Shown here: piece by piece, positions 13,202-27,300 of the stretch
Numbering within the stretch: position 1 is the stretch's first letter
Layout of the letters: every line of letters begins with the position of its first letter
Origin: Spironucleus salmonicida
Taxonomy: Eukaryota
Length of the DNA: 64,000 nucleotides
Direction of reading: 5' to 3'
Assembly: GCF_000497125.1 (NCBI RefSeq)
Contig: NC_090602.1
Span: 124,001-188,000, forward strand
The notes under the pieces: generated by a model
What the model saw: only the letters and a program-made list of their open reading frames with translations
Told to the model about the DNA's origin: nothing
Database searches by the model: none
Translations under genes and position numbers: made by a program

Positions 13202-16200
13202 TCACTTTATATTGGGTAGCAATCCTGTTTCTGTTAATTTTTTACTCAACCAACATTCAGTATAAACCAATTCATATGATAACATAAGTTGATCGCAAAT
13301 AATTGCCAATGTGACCCCTACTACTACTAATAGGCACTCAACAAGTTCTATTACATCCATTTTGCTATTAAAAAATACTAAAAAATCTTTAGCAAGGGAT
13401 AGGTGTTTCAGTTTTAATTCAGACTAATTGGTAACTTTTGACCGAATTGCTCTCACTACACTGAATATTTGACATTTCTCAATCCCTATCATTGTTATAC
13501 CGTTTTCCGCTATATGGTGTGCCACACAGGCAACTGAAATCATCGCCCACTCTGATGGTATCATCGACATAATAAGGAAACGTAAGTTTGATGGTAATTA
13601 AGTATGGGCCTGATTACAGAAAGTTTTTGCTCTATACAATGTAGTGAGGCGGTTTGCCGTATCAGTTGGATTTTAAACAATTCCAAAATGGTGTCTAGCT
13701 GAAAATTGTGATGCAATAGAAAGTAAATTGTATATATTATTATCACATTTTTAATATAAAGCTAAATTTTAACTTAAACTTCCGTATTTTTATATTGTTG
13801 ACTGTATTTTTTAAATAAAAGAAATGTTGAAGTTTGAAATATTTTGTGAGGATCGCAATGGATCAATTTTAACATACTTTTGAGGTATAACTGGTGCAAA
13901 CTCGGTTCCCCAAGCTGGAACTTTGAATAGCTGAACGTAGCTGATTTTCTGCACAAAGCTCCCTATTTTAATAGATAAAACGTATAATGCAGCGACCAAT
14001 TCTCGGGAGTCTAGTAAAGTGGTGGAGAATTTTGTGATCGATTCCATATATTTTTTCGAACCAAAAGGGTGAACTTAAATTGAATTAGTATTGAAAAATG
14101 AGATGAGCCGAGATGTAAAGTGTGGCATTTTCTGGACAAGAGTTGACACCACTACCACAATTGCTTGCTGTGCTTAGACTTGTCGTGGATCATGCTGATA
14201 ATGTGATAGGTCAATTTATGTGATTTAAGATGCCTATTAAGGCTTAATGAAATACGAAACTTTCATTACTTAAATCGATATTTTTCTGAACTCAACTGTC
14301 AAGAGGATGAATTCTAACGCTTTAACAATAGATGCCTACGCTTTAATTTCGTTAATTTTTTCAATTTATTTGCCTATTTACGCCTTCAGAATCTCCTAAT
14401 TTTCAAGTGAATTGGACGGTATAGCGAACGTGAAGAAATCTGTAGTGTCGAATTCAAAGAACTCGATATTCTCGTGAGTTTTCGTCAAACTTGACACAAA
14501 ATCATGTTAGCTACATTTTGTGGCAATAGAGGGATTCAAATTGGCAAAATTCGGCATTGCATAATGCTGAGATGGCTGGATAACGTTTTTATAGACAAAT
14601 CCTTCGGTTTCGTCGATTTCAATATTTAGCTTTTTGAGTGTCGCCTTGTTCGTTTCGAGCAAAAGGGTCAAAAATTCAGCCATTAGTGTCTGTTGAATTT
14701 TCCGTTGCTTGCGCAGCTCCTCGTAGAACGTTTTCTCAAGTTCTGGGCATTTAAGAGTTTGTAGGAATAAAAATGACAAATTTGAGTCTTATAGAGCCAA
14801 TTCGAAAAGAATTTTCACCATTTCGTTATTTTTAATGTATTATTTGGCCTCATCGACATACTCTTGCATTTGCTCATTTTTAGGTGCTAATTCTTGATAC
14901 TAATTATAGGACTATTATATAACATTAAGATAATCCCCAGGATTTTCCAAAATCCTATTTATATCCAAATTAATGTAGAAGGATTGTTCGGGTTTTACAT
15001 CTGGTTTTAAATTAGGTTCATTGCCAACTTTTTGTAATAATTATATATTTTAAGTAGGAATATATGTTGGTTTTTGTTTTTTGATTAAATTTAGCTGGGC
15101 TGGTGGTCTTTATGGCTTTTAAATTGGTTCTCTGTCTGATGAAATCTCTTAGTTATAAACATATTTATCGGATTCAGAATCGCTTATCGCATTCAAATTA
15201 AATTTTGGACCTTTCTTAACTTCTTCATCCATTTAAATTTCATTTTATCCGAAAATATCGGTGAATATGTTTTACCAGTTTGAATTGTTTTCTGCTACTG
15301 GTTATTCCATCTCCTTTTTGATTATAATAATTTGCTTTTCTTTTTGTTCTACAGGTTAGACGGTATCAACTTTAACTACATTGAATGCTTAGAAAAATTA
15401 TTACTAATCAATACGCCCACTTTAAAGTTTTAACACATTATCTTAATTAACTGCATTTGGTTATTTAAAAATTAGTTTTTCATATTCTTTTAATTATGCA
15501 TTCGACATAATTTCGCCATTATCTAAAATTAGACCACTAGTTTTTATTTGCTAGGCTTAATCTAATAATTAATCTTTGTTGAACAGTTTTAATATTTTTT
15601 CTGAGCCAAATTTTAATAATTCTTGCATTTCAGTATGTTCATCTGGCCCTGTTTCTTGCTTGTTTGTATTTACCATAATGTATGAAAATTATAATTTTTA
15701 ACTAGCTCTTTAAATAATAGCTTCATCTATTGTATCTTATGAACATAGTTTATATATTCTTACCAATTTTGTTTATCCAATTCTGATAGCTCTATATTAT
15801 GCTTAAACATCAATTTATGGATTCCAACTAGCATCATAAAAAATTAAATCTGATGCTGCCTATAAATTAATACCCAATCCCCCGGCAGTGGTAGAAATTA
15901 AAAATAAATTTTAATCTTTATCATTAGTGAATCTATCGATTAATATTTATCGCTATTAAGTATTAACTGACCCATCTAATCTTAGATAGTTAATTTTTAA
16001 TCTAGATAAAACAATGTTAAATATATTTAAAACCATAGTGAACTAACTAAATAAAACTACTTTTCTATTATCTAAAATAATTTATTTAATTAAATGAATG
16101 GCTACTTAAAATTTATTGCTTAAACTAAATATTTTTTCATTCGAAATTTGACTAAGTTGGTATTCATAGTTTTTATTCAACAATATAGGGTGGTTTGCTA

Positions 16201-18163
16201 TATGGCGGAGGTTAACTAATGTCTTTGTAATGACTTTAACCTTTTTATTAGCTAAAACATTTCTGTCTTAATATAAAATACTAGCATAAATCATCTATTA
16301 TTTAGCGGTAAGTGGCACTGGAATAATAACTTCAACTTTTTATAGCGGAGTCTTAAATACATCATTTGATGTTCTGAGCAACATATATGGTTTTATAATT
16401 TTCTATATTTAAGAGATTGCCTCTATTCTATCGTCAATTGAGTTAAGATCATCTGAACTTTATTCTGCTAACAATATTAACTTGTCTCTCATACTCTTCC
16501 TGAAAAATTCTTGGTCAACAAATTACAATAAATTTAATAGCTCTTAGAAGCAATTTTAGATAGGAGTGCCACTAAGTATTATTTTTTGTTCGACATGCAA
16601 TTGCAGTAAAGCCTAGTACACTTCGGTACTACCTCCAGCCTTTATTTTTTATCCTTCATCACAAATTAAAGTTTCAAATTTATTATATACTTTAGTAAGC
16701 TTTTTAATAAATTTTCTTTTGTGTAAATGCATAATAGTATCATAAGACATTAAAATAATGTCCTAAACATTGTCTAAATAATATTAAAATGAGTCTTTGT
16801 CTGTAATTTCTATTAGTCCAACATTTAGAAATGGAACCCACTTCTAAAGTTCGCGCTGCCAATTTAATAGAGTTGTTGCTGGAACTATAATTATATGCGG
16901 ATTTGTTGTTTTAAGGTGATATAATGTAGCAATATAACAAGATAACTAAACTGTTTTACCTAATCCCATCTAGTCTGCAAAAATTACGCCTTGGTTTCTT
17001 TGATGAGCTTAAAGAAGCCAGTTGATTCCTGTTAACTAAAAATCATATAGATTCTTATTATCAAGAGTAATATACTCGGGAATAGATGTAAGTTATTAAT
17101 ATACAATATTATCTATAGTGACATCTTAGAAACATGAGCTTTTTTGACATGAAATATAAAAATTTTTTCTTAATAAGTTATCTTTATTTAAGAAAAATTT
17201 TATTAATGCAGTTCTTCCAAAAGGTAGTAAATAAACTAAAGATTCAGAAGTGCTTTGTTTAAATTATATATTTAACCACTTAATTTTAAATATTTTATTA
17301 TCAATCTAATCAAGAATTTTTTCAGGGACTAAATGACATGGCTCAACTCCAGCTGAAACAAGTAGTCTACCGTATGAAAGTAATTATTCTTCACAACCAA
17401 CTAATTCAATAGTCTGATCACCACATAAATATTAATCTATTGATTAAAAATGCGTTTAATTTGATTTTATTAAGCCAGCATCTTATGTATTTTATTAAAA
17501 AGTCTAATTAGATGCAAAATTTGTTAAATTAGAACCATTACTCTCCTCTCCATCTAATTATATATCTTCTTCATCTGAATTATCATACTAATAGTCTATT
17601 TTAATCATAGGAATAAAAGTTTCGGCGCCAAAATCTGCTATTAACGTTTCACAAATCAAAGATACTTTTTGCATTTTGTGTTCAGTTATTAGCCTTGGTT
17701 TTAAAATTTTTAGTAGTTTTTAGCTAACCAATTTAACATGCCAAAAAGATCTATCTTCTATTTTAACTAAAAAAAGTAAACGATCTTCATCTGAACCTTG
17801 TTCTTTAATATAAACAGAAACTATACTTTTGATACTACCGCCTAGTTATTAACAACATTTGCACGTGTTTCTTCCTCCTTTACAATCTATGCAATAAAAT
17901 TTTTGGCAGCATTCACACTATTTATTATTGCCTGGACATAAGCAATATTAGCAAGAAGTCATAAAACACGATTTACATAATAAATACTATTGATTATTTC
18001 CACATTTTTAATGAGTTGAGGCCCAACAAAGTTTACATCTATAAGTATTACCACTACGTTCACATGTAGCACAAAACTCGCTACATGATTTTAAAGGTGT
18101 ATTTGGTAAAGTTATTGTTGTTGAAGTTTTTATGATAGGAATTGTATTAGGAATTTATTTCAT
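13202..18163 (-). CDS. CHD/Mi-2-type SNF2 chromatin remodeller, ~1653 aa
   Basis: N-terminal Cys-rich PHD-like fingers and chromo-like segments; FADQMGLGKTVQ, ICDEGQKIK, LSGTPIQN, ASWNPQIDVQAQYRAIRIGQ; ends AAG-TGA. Confidence 0.9.
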
Positions 18164-19194
18164 TTTGATGGAGTGGAAAATCTAATTTTAAAAATATTTC
18201 AATTTTATTCAGATGCATATTAATATATTAGATTAAATTTTATAAACATGTTATTATGATAAGATATATTATGAATTATTATTGTTTGTTAACTATAGAT
18301 TCTATGGTAAATAATAATATTTGGCACACCAACACAACAAAAATCATAAGCTGAAAGTGTATTACATATTAACTCATAACATAAATATTAAAATTTAGCA
18401 AATAACCATCTCAAGTTAAAAGTAAAAGAAGTAATTAAAATACCAAATCAATAAGTTTAGAAGTATCATAATAATTAATCACTATTGTTATATTGTTCTT
18501 GTAAATCTATTAGTTGGAAGCCTTACTTTTTAAGCTTATTTTATACTAATTTATATTGAAAAGTTTGACACTTATTTAGGCCTAAAATTATGATTTTTTT
18601 TAAAATTACAAATAGAAGACTCATCTACAATAGAAACCTATGTAAAATTAGTACATGGGTATAACATTTCTGTCTATTATTGTTAGTTTATTTATTTATC
18701 TGTTTAAATATATTTCTCAGTTTATTAACTTATATTTTCAGTATATGTACTACTTTCAATATATAAAGATTCAGTCTAAGTTAACTTCGTAGTCATATCG
18801 GAGTTACGAATATTATATAATGATAAAAGCGTATTTTTAGCTTATTTAATTTATTCCTAAAGCTAAATCATTTGCTGATTTATTAGCTAATTTATATAGT
18901 ATTTTATATAAAATTCTGTTTCAAAAAATGGAACTTTCGTATGACTCAATATAATAATAATTAAGCCTATTAGCAAACTAAGCTATAGATCCTTTAATAT
19001 AATAAAAATTATAAGAAATGATGTCGTCTATTGACTAGATTTAGTCAAAATAAATTTGCTCTATAGTAGAGATTAATACAAACGAGTTAAACTACGATGA
19101 AGTAACAATAATCAACGACTCATTATAGTAAGATCCACACTAAGAGTACAAAACAGTTCAGAATTAATTATAATCTCTGTATGATGAAGGAAAA

Positions 19195-20391
19195 ATGGCT
19201 CCAGCCCCATTAGAAATTCTTTTTGATTGTATGTGCGATTTTGGATAAAAATCGTTATTATCTTCCTAACAAAATATATAGAAAGTTTAATCTTTGAATA
19301 TCGCTAAATCATAGCTTTTGAATTAAGATTTTACTCTTTAAAATTTTATTAATAGTTTGGCAGATTAGTTCACTTTTTATGGCTCCTAGACTGGATTTAA
19401 ATTAATTATACCAAAAACATCAATCACAGAATGTTTTGCTGCCATATCGGATTTATTTAATAATTTCACACCAAAAATATGTGCTGGAATGACACTAGAT
19501 GAATAAGAATGTTAAAGATATTTAGAGGATACAGGGATTTATCCTAAATTTATTAATAGTCACTAATTAGCAGTTATATTTAAAAAAGCAGTGTTTCGAT
19601 AGTCTAAACTTATTTAAGAGATCTCTATGCAAAATTCAAACTAAGCGCTAGTAAACGTTTATAAGTAAAAAATATCAGAAACAAATAAAATTAATAAAGA
19701 GTTAAATATTAATAGTACGAATTATGTCAATATTAAGCGTCTTTCATTTTTTGGTTTTTAACTTCTACTTCATAGTATTGCCGAACACGTTTATCAGATT
19801 AAATATAGTAAATAGCAAGTAAAATATGAACCTGAATACAAAATATCTACTCCATATGATACTTATAAGTATAGTGATGAAATAGAAGACATAGATACTA
19901 TCACTACAATTTAGAATTCTTGGAAAATAGCCGATATATATGCTAAGTTTTTAGATAAGTATCTGTTCAAGGCTCATTGTTATGGGTTAACTTAAGAAAA
20001 ACCTTTATTGAGTCCTGATCTCAAACAATTCCCATAGGCTATTAGAGTTTTTAGCAAATATACACAGATGATTAAAAATATATTCAGTTCGTTAAAAACA
20101 GAGTCTAGATTGGTTGATAGTTACTAATTGTTTAAAATTTTGTCTAAGGCAGAAATTCATAGTTTACTATCAAGAGAGTTTGTGTTTGAGGTTGTCTATC
20201 GAAATTTTCTTAAAGTTGATAAGGAAACTTTTATTCCAGGTTTAAATTAAGAGTAATTTTTAGTTGCTATTTTCGTCTGTAGTAATTTTGCATTATGCTA
20301 AGAACCTTATATACGTCAGTATAAACGCCCTGAGGAGCGTTTAGAATATGTTTTGAAAAAATTATTATTATCTGAAAAGACAAGATTGTGA
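19195..20391 (+). CDS. Hypothetical protein, 398 aa
   Basis: MAPAPLEILFDCM... to ...EKTRL-TGA; possible degenerate EF-hand-like segments (LNQEQFLVAI). Confidence 0.7.
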
Positions 20392-20502
20392 AACTTTTAA
20401 CAATAATTAATTATTTTAGTATAAATTATATTATTTTTTGTCAACAAACAACTTTACACTATATTTATTTATTATATATAGGATATCTAAACAAATCAAA
20501 TT

Positions 20503-21321
20503 ATGTACAGCTAATTGCAAAACCTAATGGTAGCTCTTTAGCTACCAGTTAAACCAAAGCAATTGATAGATATCATAACATAGTATCCTGAAATAATGTA
20601 AATATATTAAGCATCAACTGGATAAATTTTGTAATAGTAACTGCGTGACATTAACGAGCCTTATTCACACCTTCTATAACTTGTGTTACTTCCAAAGCAG
20701 CAATTATGTAATGTACTTATTCAATAGTATCAAGAATCTTCTGAGATTATCTTCGTACTTTGTGTAATACTGATGTCAAAAAATAACTAACAAATGGTTG
20801 AATTTGAATAATAATTTGATTTCAATGGAATCGATCTATATACATTCATATCATCTACAATTTCTAATTTAGATATCAGAAGAGTATTTATTGCCATATC
20901 AGCAGGATCAAGATCTGAATAAATGGATGATTTACTTATCACGGATGAAATTTCTAGAGTTTATGGTATTAATGACTAAAAATAGTTATTCTCATACATT
21001 TTATATGTATTATGTAGTTGCAATAAAGAATCAATATTGTTAATACATTAAAAAATAAATCTTATCGAAAAAATTTAATTTTTAGAAGATAAAGAAGTTG
21101 TATTTATACTAATTACATTATTTGAATGTTTCAATAATGGTATAGAAAAAACCCTTTTTACACTAGCAATGAAAGATACTGAATTATTGAGAAAACAGAA
21201 ACTAGGTATATTACTAACCTATTTAAAAGATGCAAACTTTAAATAGATTTTAGGCGAACCAGATTTCAAAGAGTCAACATAAAGTTATGAATATGAGGTA
21301 CTTTATCAATTGTGGAAGTGA
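20503..21321 (+). CDS. Divergent annexin (alpha-giardin-like), 272 aa
   Basis: Helical repeats such as LIDIITQ...IMQIYQASTGQILQQQL and C-terminal YEVLYQLWK resemble annexin repeats; ends AAG-TGA. Confidence 0.55.
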
Positions 21322-21360
21322 TCATATTATATTTATACTACCACTTCCGTTGCCACTTTA

Positions 21361-22938
21361 ATGTCAGAATATAAAATTGGTGATGAAGTAAAAGGTACAA
21401 TACAGTCATTAAATGGATAACATTTAATAGTTCATATAGGAAAATAGGCATTTATTATTCCAGATTCTTGCACTCCAAGTGGAGAGATAAATGATGAAGT
21501 TTATAGAATAGGTGACGAAGTCATGTTTTATATAATTTCAATGGGAAAAAACGTCATCAACGGAATGATTGTGGATCCAAGTATCACAATCAAGAAAACT
21601 GACCTATATGTAGGCCAGGTATTAACGGGAAAAGTAATGAAGTATTTATAATTTGGTATCATTCTGTAAATAATTGGTGTATATCCAAACAGTTCCATTC
21701 TGATACCATAAAACTAATGCGCTCCTGGTATTGCTAGGGATTCAGCATAATCTATTTTAGAGAAAATACTCCCTTTATACACTAAATGCACATTTGTAGT
21801 AACACATATATATGACGGAGATAAATTGAAAGGTTCACTACTCCCACATATTTTCAAAAAATTAGGTGCAAACACTGAAGAAATTAAATTTTAGAAACCA
21901 GAGAGTAAAAAGCCAAAACTGAATTTCGTAAAGTAAGAAACCACCTAATTCAGTCCCTAAGATGAAGAAAAAAAGGAAGTAATACTAATTATGGCTGAAT
22001 CTGATCAAGAAGCTCTTTCTATGCTCGATTTTGATTTCAAACCATAATTTATCAATAAATAGGTCGATTTCAAATTACATATTTAAGAAATCGCCATAAA
22101 ATAACCAGAGAACATCTAAAAAATAAAACTGCCAACTAATGAACGGGATTTCGAGGTTTTAATAGCGTAGCAACCCAAGTCATCATTTATTTATCTTTCT
22201 TATGCTGCTTTTTAACTTGAACTAGCTAATCTGGACGCAGCTCTTAAAATTCTGGAAAGAGCACTCTAAAATATTACACAAAATGATCCAGAAGACATTC
22301 AAGAGCGGTTGAATATCATTTCAGGAAGACTTCAAATTCACTTGAAATTCTTCGGAAAAGATAATCTTTTGAATGAAATTAAAACTGAATTCGCTAAATC
22401 TGCAAATCCAGGGCAATTATGTTGTCAAATTGTTAACGAAATTGAACCAGATATTGCTAATTAAGTATTCGAAATATTTTTCAATTCGAAGACACGTAGA
22501 TAAGATTTTGAAGCGTAGAAAGCTCGTTTGGAGTTTTTATACAAAAATTAGAGGAGCGCAGAGGCTCGCCAGCTAATTTAGTAAATTATTGTCTAGACAA
22601 AAATGGCAGAAGGGTAAAGTGTTAGATAATTTTTGGCTTTTGTAGCTCGATTAGAGTACCAGAATAAGTTTTTAGACGAAGGTAGAGCAGCTTTTGAAAA
22701 ACTTATAGAAACAAGCAAAATCGATATAATTTTATAATATTTAGAAGCAGAGGTCAAGTTTGGTGAAGTGGAATATCTCAGATTGCTATATAAAAGAATA
22801 TTAGAAAAAGATTATGGGGCAAGATAAAATAAAGTACTTGGAATTCTGCTCAAAAAATATCTCGAATTCGAGAACCTTCACGGTACTAAATAATAAATTA
22901 AAGACGTATAGACGTTGGCTCTATAACTCATAAAGTGA
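21361..22938 (+). CDS. Short Rrp5-like protein (about 2 S1 domains plus HAT/TPR domain), 525 aa
   Basis: S1-like YKIGDEVKGTI and LYVGQVLTGKV; Rrp5 C-terminal motifs DFEVLIAQQPKSSFIYLSYAAFQL, ILERAL, ERLNI, KKYLEFENLHG. Confidence 0.85.
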
Positions 22939-22942
22939 GAAT

Positions 22943-23677
22943 TCATATCAAGTCACTAGCCTTTACCGCAGTCTAGATTCTGGCTATTTTACCAGCAATT
23001 TCAAAATTTTATGCTGCTGGAAAATCATTTGACCCGTTCTAAGACGAGCTTGAGTGGCTTTCGTTTGAGTTTCCAAATTTAGATTTTTTCTGTGGAGCCA
23101 GCAAATTGAATGGAGTTTTTGGCTATTGAAAAAGAGATGAAAGAGACGATGTAGACGGTGAGTGGTGAAGCTTTGAAGCAGAAGCAGAAGATAGTAGGTT
23201 GGACTAAGATGATAGAAAATTATTTTTATTTTTTGAGGAGGATGGTTTTGACGTTTTAAGATTCGAAGAGGGTGAATTTAGGGGTTTTCTGAGCTATATC
23301 ATTAATTTAGAAACCTTTGGTTGTTAAAAAGGATTATTTACTTAGATTCCTTGTGCAAAATCTTATAAAAATGAATAGTTAGTCAAAAGGAGTCTATTTA
23401 TTTCTTTTTGCGACTTGTAGATTGCAGAAAGGGTTATTAAGGTAGAATGCACAGTTTAGATATCTAAATTAGAATCTATTTATGTATTATGAACCTGTTT
23501 ATAATTGTCGTTAAGGAAACGTTTTACTTGAAATTTTTAATTTTAAGACATCATAAAAGCAAATTCATGATCATTAATTTGAATACTGTAAAATAATTCA
23601 TTTCTACAACACTTAGGGGCTTTATATTGGTTGAAGTAGATATTGAAGTCTTCTTCTTCTAAGATTGAATCAAACAT
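22943..23677 (-). CDS. Hypothetical Ser-rich protein, 244 aa
   Basis: MFDSILEEEDFNIYF... open to TGA. Confidence 0.55.
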
Positions 23678-24109
23678 CAATAGTAAAGTGGTTATTTCAA
23701 GATATACGTTTATTTTTATATAATAGTTGCTAATATAATTATTAAATGTTAAAATTAGTATATTTAATAAAAATAGATACATATTTATCTAACTAGAATC
23801 TATCTAAATATATATTCACTTAATAACTTGGTTTGAGATAATATAGTGTCATATGATCATTTTATTACATAAACCTTTTATAGGGATTATCAAAGAAGTT
23901 CCCTTACAATTTTTATTTGAAATAAAAAGTATTTGCTTGGAATTTTAAGAATGATAAGGGTCTATAATAAATCATATTATTTATGTAGACGAAAAGTGCG
24001 TTATTAGATTTAACTGTGGAGTTTATTTCAGTCAGAATATATCAAAAAATAGTATCTTAGTCTTATTAAAAAAGTACATAATAATTAGCTTTTCTGTTTT
24101 CTCTAATAA

Positions 24110-24172
24110 TAATTAATTAATTAATTAATTAATTAATTAATTAATTAATTAATTAATTAATTAATTAATTAA
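24110..24172. repeat. (TTAA)n microsatellite, ~15 units, self-complementary
   Basis: Perfect TTAA tandem run visible directly. Confidence 0.97.
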
Positions 24173-24304
24173 AAAATAAGTATATAATAATTATAGGCTA
24201 GGTGCTATATAAATAACAAAACATATATTTTCAATCAAGTCTACCAAAATATTTGCAATTATAAGAACGAGTAATATGTTAATACTTACGAATAAGTCAA
24301 GATA

Positions 24305-27300
24305 TCACTCACACTACTTTTCAAATTCATCATATTTCTGTAATAAAACTTTCTTTATTTTAAATTCTTTTGCTTAATAAGAGCGTGACAACAAATCCGC
24401 AAATAGTTTTCTTGCATTCTCAATACTAATATTATACTATTCTAACTTAATATAACTCAGTAAGTATGATACAGGCGAAATTTTTGCATATTTTTCAAAA
24501 AGAGCTTTACCATTTTAAAATTAGCCAGTTTAATAATAAATCCGAGCTATTTGTTCTCTAAAAGACCATATCTACTTATCTTCACATTATTATTAGATTT
24601 CCATCTCTAAACTATGTGTATCTATACAATTTCCCTAATAATAAGAATAATAACATTATTATATCTTAAATTAAATACAGTCTTAATTATCATACATAGC
24701 TAATACTTCGTTGCCATGCTCTTATAGTGCTATAGACAACTAACCAAACAGCTATAAAGAATCACATTTAGCAACAACTTTAGTTAGTTCATCCTTAAAA
24801 TTTTCATTCTTTTCATTAAAAACTATTTATAAATAAGCATTGGCTACATTAATATATTCTTAGTCTTTCAACTTATTTGAATCTATCCCCTATAATAAAA
24901 TTTTAAATGCTTCATCAATATCTTAACAATAAAAATCTGCATATGCAAGCCAAGTACCTGAATCATAATTATAACGATCTAATGCCTTTTTATATTATTA
25001 AGCTGATTTATATTTCGGTGGAGTAATCAATAAGTTATCCTATTAAATTTAATAAAATGTAAATTTAAGAAAAGATGTATTCTCAAAATTATTCTATTAT
25101 TTTTACGCTTGAACTACCTACTCAATTTCTCCAATAATCATTTATTTCATAGAAACTATCTTAACATTAACTATTTTATTTCTTATATACTGATCTGTTC
25201 TAATATAACAAGTAGTCGACGGAAATACATCAACAAGTTGGGCCAAAACCTCACCATTTTGCATTGCAAACATTTTACATTTCAGCACATTACCTTCTTT
25301 AATAGAAGATTTCTCCTTCATATCCCCAATTAATGAACTTCCAATTATAGTATTATTTTCATAGCCTTCAACTATAAAATCTACAAACTCATACTTTTAA
25401 AGCTAAGCTTACGTTTTGACCTTGGCAGGTGCTAAGCCGCAGCAGGAAACACGGAGCTTTCCATCGGAAAATCCAGTTATAACACCTTTCAATACTGTCC
25501 CAGGTATGATTTCATATATTTCGCGCGGTATAAAAATATCTGTTTTTGCTACTTAATTGTCTGAAATATCATAATAAAATCTGTGGTTGGCATCAAAGGC
25601 GCAAAGAGGTATTTAAACTTCAACTTTAGAGTACGTATTTAATCTAGATGCAGATGCAATTGCTTTGTAGTGTGGGTATGGAGTCTAAATTAATTAATCA
25701 TCAACCATGAGCTCTTGAATCTCATAGAACGAATATACATATTCGAAAAGAAGAACCGACTGAGGTATTTTGAGAAGAATCAATTTAGAAATGATTAGTT
25801 CTGTGTTAAAATCAATTATTTTGGATTTATCTAGCATGTTTTTGTAAATTTTTCCTAGTTCTAATTGGTTTCCATTATTAATAACGTTTTAATCAGCCAT
25901 TGAAAAAATCACAAGTTAAGGTTTTGGAGATTATACAAATTCACAAATCGCAATTTTAGTATCTTTATATATTACAATAAAGTCAGTTGAGTTGATAGAA
26001 GTTCCTTTAAGCTGAAGATCTAAGACTTATATACCTTTGTGATCTTCTTGATTAAATGTTAAATGCTAAAGTTATGATTCAATAAAATCTATTTTATCTC
26101 CAGATTGTAAGATAAATAAGTTATTTTCTTTACACACATGTTACTTAACGATACTTTTAAAAAAATACTCTAAGTCTTACGTTAATTCATATTAATCTGA
26201 AATTGAATGCAATATTCCACGAATTCCTAACCGCCCGATTAGACCTGACCCTAAGTCTACAATAAGCTAAGGAAATGGTAAAGTTTTGTTAAAAACTAAC
26301 AAATCTGCAAAAACGGTAGAATTAATTAATTATAAGATATCCTCTGTATTATTTATTGATAAAGTTTTTGCTAAAACTATTTTCTTGAATTCTGGCTTAG
26401 GAAAAATTTCAATAAGCTCCTCTTTATGTACTATTTTCATAGGAATCTTACCCATATAAAATCCTTTCGAAGCTTCTCTTACAATTAATACTTAGATTAA
26501 TTAGAACATACCTACTTATTCGTCTGAGTCTATATTTCTAATATGCACTTTATTTCCGTTAAATAAAGTAACTGTAAAGGTTATATCAGTTTTGATAGAT
26601 ACAAAACCTGCATATATTTATTTTAATTCAATAGGAAGATCTGATTTGTATAACATAGGTGCTATGTAAATGGTAACTAGCGGCTCCTAACCAAACATCT
26701 TAATAATGTATAATTTTTCAAAAATAGTTATTAACTTCTGATTTTCCTCAAATTATAAAAGCTACTCTTTCTATTTTTCTGATAAAAAGCTAGCAGGTAG
26801 CATAAATCTTATGCTGTCCGAAGAATCTTTGATTATGAAACATCCAGCAGTGATACCATGATAAAATAAGTTTTCGCAATTTAACTCTCTACCCTCAATG
26901 CACGACTATCCAGGTAATTATGATCGTACTAAAGCTTAATTAATAGACCTATCACTTTCGTATATATTAAGAATTTAATTTTAAGTTAACTTTTCTTCTG
27001 ATTGATAAACACTACTTCTCTATCCTTCTTTTCTATAAAGAACGGTAAACCTGTAACTTTGACTTAAATTTAATCTTTAATAGCATTAGGCATCATCTCC
27101 ATATAATTAAATAATAGAATAAGGGAAGGTTTAGAGCACTTAACTAACGGTACCTGAACCGTAATCACCAACTTTCATATCATTAACTAATAGTGTATCA
27201 TCCTAAAATTAGTAAGGGCATAAAGTAATAACATTATAATATCCCAATCTGTCATATTATATTTATACAATTTAAAATTTATATTTTAATGCTAAATTTT

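Noticed and set aside
11100-16972. TAA/TAG at usually-Glu sites (FP[TAA]GT at 11100; AD[TAG]MG at 16970), hinting at Glu decoding
   Set aside because: Many more conserved sites require Gln; single E-to-Q substitutions explain these.
18250-19170. Possible gene in the gap upstream of the CHD gene
   Set aside because: No convincing start, stop or motif found; left unannotated.
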